Source: Vicingaceae bacterium
GTDB taxonomy: Bacteria > Bacteroidota > Bacteroidia > Flavobacteriales_E > Vicingaceae
DNA: 64,000 bases
Direction of reading: 5' to 3'
NCBI GenBank assembly: GCA_019429185.1
Contig: JAHYJH010000005.1
Location: 2,928-66,927, forward strand
Shown one piece after another: positions 57,101 through 64,000 of the stretch. Made by a program: the position numbers and the translations under genes. The first letter of the stretch is position 1, and each line of letters opens with the position of its first letter. Below the pieces are notes generated by a model that ran no database searches, was not told the origin of the DNA, and saw nothing but the letters and a program-made list of their open reading frames with translations.

Positions 57101-59602
57101 AAACACAGCTTACACTCCTCTGATTGGGTAAAAGTGGAATACAGCATTAATGGTGGTACTTCTTGGACACAATTAGGCAACAGTTCTTCGCCTAATTGGT
57201 ATAACCAAACGAATTATTGGGCAAATTCTCAAGCTAACCCTGTGGATGCTTGGACTCAAGTGCAACACAACCTTTGTATGCTTGTCGGACAGGCTTGTGT
57301 AAAATTCAGAGTGTTGGCTCGTCCGTATTATGGAAATCCAAACTACCCCAATTGGTACAACTTTGCTTTTGATAATTTTTACATTCGTGAAGGAGGAGAT
57401 GTTGGTGTGGTAGCCTATATTGAGCCTTTAAGCAGCGGATGTCTTTATGACACTGCACAACAAGTTACAGTAAGAGTATTTAATGGAAGTTGCAATCCTA
57501 TTAGCAATGTTCCTATTCAATGTGACATTACTGGAATTTTAGCGACAACTTTAACAGATACCGTTCCTGGTCCTATTCCTGTGGGTGGTTTTGTTAATTA
57601 TACTTTTCCTACAACTATCAACATGACTCCAATTGGAACTTATAATTTTAATACATTCACATTACTTCCTGGCGATATTAATCCTAACAACGATACTTTA
57701 GCAACTTCCATAAATGTTAGTCAAATAACTATTTCCACCTTTCCTTATTATGAGGATTTTAATAGCGGAAATGGATATTGGTTAGCCTCAGGACAAGCTC
57801 CTCCAGTAAATGGTGGGCGTAATTGGGTTTTGGGTAACGTACCTTATTTAGGTGGTTCGCAAGGAAATGGAGATAGTTGGTACATTGAAACTACTGCTCC
57901 TTATTATGATGGAACTCAAATTTGGGTAGAAAGTCCTGTGTTTGATTTTACGAATCTTTTAAATCCACAACTTAGTTTTGATATTAAACACAGTTTACAT
58001 TCTTCCGATTGGGTGCGTATTCAATATAGTACAAATGGAGGGACAACTTGGACTACTCTTGGAAGTGGACCAAATGCTACTTGGTACAATCAAACTACTG
58101 GTTGGTGGAATTCTCAAGGTAGCCCAGTAGATACATGGACAAGAATGGAAAGAGATTTATGTACTTTAGTTGGACAGAGCTGTGTGAAATTTAGAATATT
58201 GGCTCGTCCGTATTACGGTAATCCAAATTATCCAAATTGGTACAATTTTGCTTTCGACAACTTTCATATTACCGATACACCTTTAGATGCCGCACTCACT
58301 TTAGTTGCCAGCTGTTGGGGAAGTCAGTATGAAATTGAAGCTACCGTTACTAACAATGCTTTGCCTTGCACGGCTACACCTATCCTTAGCAGTTTCGATA
58401 TTACGTATAGTGTTGACGGTGGAACACCAGTTACTGTACAATTTACAGGACAAAACATTGCTGGAGGAACATCAGAAACAGTAATTTTAACCAACACAAC
58501 AGTTCCTAACAATAATAGTACTGTAGTAGCATGGATTAATTTTCCAAATACATTTAATGACCAGATTTTTCAAAATGATACTGCTTATGGTTACGCTGTA
58601 AGCTGGCCCAACTGTAATGACCATTGTAGCAACGCCATTGATTTAGGATTAGGAACAACAACAGCCACACAAACCAGTAATGCTACTGTTAATTTGAGTG
58701 AAGAACCTGCCTTTAGCGGATGTGGTGGTATCACACTTGAAAATACCGTATGGTATCAATTTACAACAAATAGTAGTGGAGATAGTGTTACCATTGTTTT
58801 TGATAACCAAGTTTGTTCTCCTTCTCAAAATGGAATACAAGTTTCTATAGTACAAGCTACAGTGAGTTGCGACCCGATGACTTACACAGAAATTTTCTGC
58901 TCTGCCAGTAATGATACTACTGCTTTTCAGTTTGGACCAACTCTACTTCCTCCAAATACAACTTATTACATTGCGGTTGATGGATTTGCTGGAAGTGATT
59001 GTGATTTCGACATTACAATTACAGGAGCTGTAAACCCTCCTTTACCTATAGAATTAATATCTTTTGATGCAGCGTGTGCCCCAACAAATGGTGCGGTAGA
59101 TTTAAAATGGTTGTCGGCAACAGAGATAAACAACGATTTTTACACCATTGAAAGAAGCTCAGATGCAATTAATTTTGAAGTGGTTGCAACTATAAAAGGT
59201 GCTGGAAATAGCAATAATGTTAACTCTTATTTCTTTAGAGATGTAAATCCAATAAATGGCACTTCTTATTATCGTTTAAAACAAACCGATTTTAATGGAA
59301 ATTTTGAATATTTCAATGTTGTAGTTGTAAATTGTACAAGTAAAAATGAGATTTCACTTTATCCCAACCCTGCCAACAATGAATTCACTGTACAATTAGA
59401 AGGTAAAAAAGGAGATGAAGTTAATATTGAAATATACAATAGTATTGGTCAACAAGTGATGAACAGAACCTTCATTTTACAACATAAATTCTTTTCTGAG
59501 CAAATTGACGTTAACGAATTTGATCAAGGTATTTATTTTGTGAACATCAAAATGGGAAATCTGTTAATACCTAAAAAGCTAATCATAGACAGAAAACGGT
59601 AA
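54197..59602 (+). CDS. Giant T9SS cargo (about 1800 aa) with five jelly-roll (MAM-like, tentative) modules alternating with Ig-like linkers and a type A sorting domain
   Basis: Signal peptide MKKIVSLLISILFCHFIFA. Five repeats of the block ...GQGKSWYIE..APYY.GTQIWVESPVFDF...P.LSFDIKHSLHSSDWV.VEYS.NGG..W... C-terminus SLYPNPANNEFTVQLEG...GIYFVNI. Confidence 0.85.
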   Translation: MKKIVSLLISILFCHFIFADILLNESFTAGVLPAGWTNTAQQGTAIWTIRNAPAFSSPSGGNYIVFDDLGLGSAVTPNEATLRTPTVNFSNRNTAFLKISHHWFGVEFTHGYIEISNNGGVSWTQLIDYEKLTRGSLAAPQDTIFDITAIAANQANVQVRFRYTDGGQAGRYWYLDDIVLYSNPDVGVSKLVLPPYLGCAQTYGAAQTVTVEIRNFSFEPVTNIPVTCQVTGGTTATLTGTYSGPLIPGGGTANFTFATTINMTADAIYHFLSYTTLTNDSYNLNDTLFDGRQQLVATYPYTANFNISNSGWLATGQAPPLNNGRNFIHGNVPYLNGSQGQGKSWYIESTAPYYTGTQIWVESPVFDFTGLISPQLSMDIKHSLHSSDWVKVEYSTNGGTSWTQLGNSSSPNWYNQTNYWANSQAAPVDAWTQVQHNLCMLAGQACVKFRVLARPYYGNPNYPTWYNFAFDNFTVREGIDVGVLTYIDPVDVGCLFNTTQQVTVTVYNGGCNPITNVPIQCDITGQITTTLTGTVPGPIPVGGTVSYTFPTTFNMVAVGTYNFNTYTQLVGDINSNNDTLATSINVTNLKVTTYPYFEDFNSGAGFWNASGQNPPGNGGRNWVLGNVPYLGGPQGNGDSWYIETVAPYYDGTQIWVESPVFDFTNLTNPKLSFDIKHSLHSSDWVKVEYSTNGGTTWVQLGNGPNATWYNQTNYWANSQAAPVATWTNVEQELCALSGEPCVKFRILARPYYGNPNYPNWYNFAFDNFEIDAGHPDDMQPLEIILSDSRKCASFGTAETIRVVVANNTCRPLYNVPISLQLNGGPIITETMPGPVPSFGNYIYTFTNTLDLSPAITHNISVTTLLATDSFPANDNLVETRINTILNTFPYLADFNTNNDGWVSRINSTTNASRLFINDTIPYLNGSQGQGKSWYIESTAPYYTGTQIWVESPVFNFSALTSPQLSFDIKHSLHSSDWVKVEYSINGGTSWTQLGNSSSPNWYNQTNYWANSQANPVDAWTQVQHNLCMLVGQACVKFRVLARPYYGNPNYPNWYNFAFDNFYIREGGDVGVVAYIEPLSSGCLYDTAQQVTVRVFNGSCNPISNVPIQCDITGILATTLTDTVPGPIPVGGFVNYTFPTTINMTPIGTYNFNTFTLLPGDINPNNDTLATSINVSQITISTFPYYEDFNSGNGYWLASGQAPPVNGGRNWVLGNVPYLGGSQGNGDSWYIETTAPYYDGTQIWVESPVFDFTNLLNPQLSFDIKHSLHSSDWVRIQYSTNGGTTWTTLGSGPNATWYNQTTGWWNSQGSPVDTWTRMERDLCTLVGQSCVKFRILARPYYGNPNYPNWYNFAFDNFHITDTPLDAALTLVASCWGSQYEIEATVTNNALPCTATPILSSFDITYSVDGGTPVTVQFTGQNIAGGTSETVILTNTTVPNNNSTVVAWINFPNTFNDQIFQNDTAYGYAVSWPNCNDHCSNAIDLGLGTTTATQTSNATVNLSEEPAFSGCGGITLENTVWYQFTTNSSGDSVTIVFDNQVCSPSQNGIQVSIVQATVSCDPMTYTEIFCSASNDTTAFQFGPTLLPPNTTYYIAVDGFAGSDCDFDITITGAVNPPLPIELISFDAACAPTNGAVDLKWLSATEINNDFYTIERSSDAINFEVVATIKGAGNSNNVNSYFFRDVNPINGTSYYRLKQTDFNGNFEYFNVVVVNCTSKNEISLYPNPANNEFTVQLEGKKGDEVNIEIYNSIGQQVMNRTFILQHKFFSEQIDVNEFDQGIYFVNIKMGNLLIPKKLIIDRKR

Positions 59603-59634
59603 AATCTTGAAAAGATAGTTAGTTTCGGTATATA

Positions 59635-60426
59635 CTACAATTTTGAAATTATTTCATCAGCTATTAGCTTCGCTTTTTCAATATCATTATCAAGACCTTC
59701 TCCTGTATGTATAATAACTCCAAACTGAATTGTTCCATAAAGTACATCTAATCTACCTGCAAGAAAATCCCAAGAAGCAGTTGTTCCAATTCCTTCAACA
59801 GTTTGAAATTTAAGATTGCTTTGAATTCCTCCTGCTAATTTTTTTCCTTTATCAACATCTTCATTTGATAATTTTTTATCTGCTGCTTGTTTTTCAATCT
59901 CTTCATCTAATTTTTCCATATCGGCATCTGAAGGAACTGTGTGTGATTGCTTAAATGATTTTAATGCCTTTTCGTCTGTTTTATATAGTTTAATATTCGT
60001 AATTCCTAAACTAAATTCTGCTTTTTCCATAGTTGTAGCCATTTTCATAGCTGATTCGACTCCATTATTTTTATTAGCCATCATTTTTTTTGTGTTCGCT
60101 ATCATTAAATCTGTATTTCTCTTTTTAATTTCATCATAATTAGGTTTTTTCCAACGATAAGTACAGTAGTCTAACCAACTTATTTTCTCACTATTTACAC
60201 GTTCATCTTTTTCTAAATCACTTTCGCTAACGTCAAAATATTTTGTTATAAGTTCTACAGAAATTAAGTTACAGGGATTTTTTCCTAAATTTTCAAATAC
60301 TTCATTTTTTTTATCTAAAGTATTTTCAATTTGTTCTATAATATCACTTGTTGTTTTTTCAGTATTTGAACTGCAAGAAAAGAATATTAAAGAAATTGTT
60401 AATGTAAAATATAAAGGATGTTTCAT
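59635..60426 (-). CDS. Hypothetical lipoprotein
   Basis: Lipobox LIFFSCSSN. No recognisable domain. Confidence 0.55.
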   Translation of the reverse strand: MKHPLYFTLTISLIFFSCSSNTEKTTSDIIEQIENTLDKKNEVFENLGKNPCNLISVELITKYFDVSESDLEKDERVNSEKISWLDYCTYRWKKPNYDEIKKRNTDLMIANTKKMMANKNNGVESAMKMATTMEKAEFSLGITNIKLYKTDEKALKSFKQSHTVPSDADMEKLDEEIEKQAADKKLSNEDVDKGKKLAGGIQSNLKFQTVEGIGTTASWDFLAGRLDVLYGTIQFGVIIHTGEGLDNDIEKAKLIADEIISKL

Positions 60427-60447
60427 AAATTAAGATTTTTTTTAACA

Positions 60448-63033
60448 CTAATGAGTTACAGACAGTTTTCTTAAAAACACATTATTTCCAATGTTCAACT
60501 GAACAAAGTAGATTCTGTTTGAGAGAAAGTCTATGTTTATTTTTTGATTTACGAACTGATTATAAGAACCCGTTTCTGTTACCAATCTATTTCCAAGTAA
60601 ATCAACTATCATAAATTGAATTGTTTCATTAATAGAAACATTAGAATTGATTGTAAAATAATTATTAGCTGGATTTGGAAAAAGAACAATTTCTTTTTCT
60701 AACTGAGAATAAATATCTTCTTCTATTCCATTTGTTAAAAATACTTTTATGAAAGAGGTTGCTGTATCATTACAATTTCCATTAGTTGTTATTAAACTAA
60801 CTGGGAAATATCCTGGTGTTGTATAAGTATAAATTGGATTTGGTTGTGAGGATACTCCTCCATCTCCAAATATCCAACTAAAAGATAGTGCATTTGTTGT
60901 TCCGACAGAAAAAAACTGAATATCTCCCCCGTTTGGTAAGTTAAGATACAACGTATCATTAGCACTTGAATTGCTCATTACTGAATTTGGACTTATACTA
61001 ATAAAGACAGAAAGTGTGTCTGTTTTTTTACAGCCATTAGCATCTTCACCAATTACCCAAAATTGTGTTTGAGTGGTTGGGTTAATAATAGGATTCGCAA
61101 TTGTAGAATCTGATAAATTGGTTTGTGTATTCCAAAGATAACTAACCGCCCCTGTGGCTGATAACTGAACAGATGCTCCATTGCAAAGATTTATATCACT
61201 TCCTGCGTTCACATTAGGAAGAGGTAAAGCTGTAATTGTTTGTTGAGATGAAGCTACACATCCATTAGTATCGGTTGTTGTTAGCGAAAAAGTTCCTGAA
61301 TTAGCTACAGATATGGATTGAGTTGTTTGTGAAGTACTCCAAGCATAGATAGCTAATGTATCGTCAGCGGTTAAAAGTACTGAATCTCCCATGCAAAAAG
61401 AGGTTGGTCCATTTGCCGAAAATGTTCCTTGTGGTAAATTATTTACAACAACTGTAATTGTATCAAAATCTACACAACCTAAAGCATTGGTAGAAGAAAC
61501 ATAGTAAGTAGTTGTAACTACTGGATTTGCAATAGGGTTTGCAATGTTATTATCGCTCAGTCCAGCTGAAGGTGTCCATGAAAATCCAAAACCTCCTGCC
61601 GATGAAGTTGCATTTAGTTGAACACTACTACCCAAACATATTGCAACATCGCTGCCAGCATCAGTAGAAAGTTGACACCATTTTATGGTTGAAAAATCTT
61701 GAAAACTTGTTGGGTCAAAGCTTGTTCCTGTAACATAAACACTTTCATTAGCGTCAATTTCCATAGAAAATGCTTGGTCATTGTTGGATGCTGGTCCATC
61801 AAATCGAGCTTCCCACAATATATTTCCGTTAACGGTGTCATATTTTAGTGTTAAGTAATCGTTGTTTGTTCCAATTCCTTCACTAAAACCTGTAACATAT
61901 AATGCTCCTGAAGAACCTAACCGCATTTCTCTGGCTTCATCAAAACCACTAATTGGACCATCGTAACTATTAAGCCAAACAACATTTCCTCCAGCATCAT
62001 ATTTTATAGTAACAATATTTTCAGCACTTCCTCCTGCTCCTACGCTTCTTCCTGTAACGTAAACATTTTGGTTTTGATCTACAACAACATCAAAAGCTTT
62101 GTCTTCCTCACTAGGAGGTCCATCATATTTAACAGCCCATTGCTGAACGCCTGTAAGATTATATTTTATTGTAACAAAATCATTGTCTGTTAAAATCCCT
62201 CCGTAACTACTTCCTGCAACATACACATTTTGTGCATTATCTACAAAAAGAGCTGCTGGAATATCGAAAGAATTTTGTGTTCCATTATACCGAGAAACAA
62301 ATAGTTGTGTTCCTGCATTATCATACTTAATGGTTGCAATGTCTAAATCTGTTCCACTACCAAAACTATGACCACTAACATAAACATTACCCATATTATC
62401 AAGCACTAATTGCGTTGCTGCATCAATACTATTTCCTGGTCCATTGTACCCTCTTATCCATTGTTGAACTCCAGAAGTATTGTATTTAATTGTCATAAAA
62501 TTACTTCCTTGAGAGGAAACATCACTTCCTCCTGTAACATAAACATTTCCTGCTGCATCAACTTCAAGAGCATAAGCTTCATCAAAACCATTGGCAGAAC
62601 CATTGTAAGATACTGCCCACAATTGCGTTCCTGCTGCATTATATTTTAAAGTTATGTAATCAAAATTAGAAGTTGTAGTTGCAGTAAAACCTGTTACATA
62701 AACATTACCAGCATTATCCACTTTAATATCTCTGGCTTCATCAAGTCCATTACCAGCTCCATTAAAAATTGCAATCCATTGTTGAACTCCAAGTGAATTG
62801 TATTTTATAGTTACAATATCAAATCCATTGGTAGCATTTTTATAAGATGTTCCTGTAACGTAAACATTACCAGCTACATCAATAGTTAGTTTTTTTGCTA
62901 TATCGGAATTCTGACCTGAACTTGTAAATCTACTTTCCCACAGTACATTTATTTGGGAAGAGAGTGATGTGCTTATAAGTAAAAACTGCACAGTAAATAG
63001 AGTAAATAAAATACCTTTAGATAAATTGTTCAT
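60448..63033 (-). CDS. T9SS cargo with SBBP-type beta-propeller repeats, Ig/PKD-like domains and a type A sorting domain
   Basis: About nine repeats of the GNVYVTG...D..T.KY...G.Q.W pattern. C-terminus VLFPNPANNYFTINSN...IYFVQLN. Confidence 0.8.
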   Translation of the reverse strand: MNNLSKGILFTLFTVQFLLISTSLSSQINVLWESRFTSSGQNSDIAKKLTIDVAGNVYVTGTSYKNATNGFDIVTIKYNSLGVQQWIAIFNGAGNGLDEARDIKVDNAGNVYVTGFTATTTSNFDYITLKYNAAGTQLWAVSYNGSANGFDEAYALEVDAAGNVYVTGGSDVSSQGSNFMTIKYNTSGVQQWIRGYNGPGNSIDAATQLVLDNMGNVYVSGHSFGSGTDLDIATIKYDNAGTQLFVSRYNGTQNSFDIPAALFVDNAQNVYVAGSSYGGILTDNDFVTIKYNLTGVQQWAVKYDGPPSEEDKAFDVVVDQNQNVYVTGRSVGAGGSAENIVTIKYDAGGNVVWLNSYDGPISGFDEAREMRLGSSGALYVTGFSEGIGTNNDYLTLKYDTVNGNILWEARFDGPASNNDQAFSMEIDANESVYVTGTSFDPTSFQDFSTIKWCQLSTDAGSDVAICLGSSVQLNATSSAGGFGFSWTPSAGLSDNNIANPIANPVVTTTYYVSSTNALGCVDFDTITVVVNNLPQGTFSANGPTSFCMGDSVLLTADDTLAIYAWSTSQTTQSISVANSGTFSLTTTDTNGCVASSQQTITALPLPNVNAGSDINLCNGASVQLSATGAVSYLWNTQTNLSDSTIANPIINPTTQTQFWVIGEDANGCKKTDTLSVFISISPNSVMSNSSANDTLYLNLPNGGDIQFFSVGTTNALSFSWIFGDGGVSSQPNPIYTYTTPGYFPVSLITTNGNCNDTATSFIKVFLTNGIEEDIYSQLEKEIVLFPNPANNYFTINSNVSINETIQFMIVDLLGNRLVTETGSYNQFVNQKINIDFLSNRIYFVQLNIGNNVFLRKLSVTH

Positions 63034-63200
63034 GTATATTTATATTTATTAAGCAACAAATATATTATAATTATAATACTTGCAAAAGATTAATAGGTAA
63101 TAATTATCGATAAACTACATATTTGAGTATATAAATTGGTTTTCCTAATATTTTTTTATATTTTTGGCGACTTAATACTAATTAACCTAACTCAGTTTTA

Positions 63201-64000
63201 ATGAAAACAATAAAACTAATTCTACTTACCATTATTCTTGTTTTTTCTGCTTTATATGTAAAAGCAACCCATGTTATTGGTGGTTCTATAACTTATGAGC
63301 ATTTGGGTGGTTCAACCTACCGTGTTACTTTTAAAATGTATAGAGATTGTAGTCCATCAAGTGCCAATTTCCCTGCTTCCATTACCATTCAAGTTCGACA
63401 ACCCAATGGAGCTAATTTTTCACCAAGTAAAAATATTTTAATTCCTATCTCTCAAACAGTTATCTTAAATCCTGTTATTGACCCTTGTGCCTTTAATCCC
63501 GGGGTTTGTGTTGAAGAAGCAATCTATTCAAAAATAGTAAATAACCTTCCTCCAAATCCAGGTGGATACCATTTATTTTATGGTTTATGTTGTAGAAATG
63601 GAAGCATAGTAAATTTAAACAATCCTTTATCTACCACATCGGGGTTTTACACTCAAATACCCGATAATAATGTTTGGCTAACCAACTCAAGCCCTCAATG
63701 GAAAAATTTTCCTCCTGTTTTTATCTGTCAAGGTCAAATGCTAAATTTCGATCATGGAGCAACCGATAAAGATGGAGATTCGTTGGCTTATTCTTTTTAT
63801 CACCCCTTTACAAGTAATGCACCGACTTTTCCTGGTAATGTTGCTACTTTTACTCCTGTTAACTATAATGCAGGATTTAATGCCAACGATCCCCTTGGAG
63901 GGGCAAGCTTAACAGTTAATCCTACTACTGGAGTAATTTCTGGAATACCCCCTATGCTTGGACAATATGTTGTAGGTGTTAAAGTTGAAGAATTCCGAAA
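63201..64000 (+). CDS. Secreted protein, 3'-partial (N-terminal region typical of large gliding-motility-associated / type B cargo proteins)
   Basis: ATG at 63201 and signal peptide LVFSALYVKA, followed by THVIGGSITYEHLGGSTYRVTFKMYRDC. I translated the frame by hand and it stays open to the window end. Confidence 0.7.
   Translation, partial: MKTIKLILLTIILVFSALYVKATHVIGGSITYEHLGGSTYRVTFKMYRDCSPSSANFPASITIQVRQPNGANFSPSKNILIPISQTVILNPVIDPCAFNPGVCVEEAIYSKIVNNLPPNPGGYHLFYGLCCRNGSIVNLNNPLSTTSGFYTQIPDNNVWLTNSSPQWKNFPPVFICQGQMLNFDHGATDKDGDSLAYSFYHPFTSNAPTFPGNVATFTPVNYNAGFNANDPLGGASLTVNPTTGVISGIPPMLGQYVVGVKVEEFR

Overview
AT-rich chromosomal segment (about one-third G+C by eye) from a Bacteroidota, Flavobacteriia-like gliding bacterium. 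This is supported by gldH, a PorP/SprF-family gene, at least six T9SS cargo genes with type A or type B C-terminal sorting domains, GWxTD and DUF4476 proteins, and a glsB/glsA-like lipid pair. Most genes are on the minus strand. Housekeeping content includes rfbA, an SDR epimerase, polyprenyl synthase, an RND/MMPL transporter, a Na+/solute symporter, PBP4, proline dehydrogenase, an aldo/keto reductase, a CDGSH protein, a RicT/PSP1 homolog and tRNA-Ser(TGA). Five things stand out. (1) A dispersed GC-rich hairpin repeat family has 11 copies. Seven sit in a fixed sense orientation at gene 5' ends, and three of those are in frame inside signal-peptide coding sequence. (2) An accessory patch lies next to tRNA-Ser. 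It holds a GC-rich frameshifted FISUMP-type gene and two toxin-antitoxin cassettes bracketed by direct repeats. (3) A signalling locus (NarL-type regulator, REC-PAS kinase, 7TMR-DISM kinase, orphan REC) encloses a co-transcribed ThiF/E1-like plus GNAT-like gene pair of unknown function. Two 7-2-7 palindromes sit in its promoters. (4) MITE-like elements share termini with a decayed IS copy, and one shows a filled-versus-empty site comparison inside the window. (5) Several micro/minisatellites occur: a 7-bp x24 tract, a 10-bp array, a 47-bp hairpin array and (TTGTTTT)n. All functional calls come from motif recognition by eye. No database search was run.
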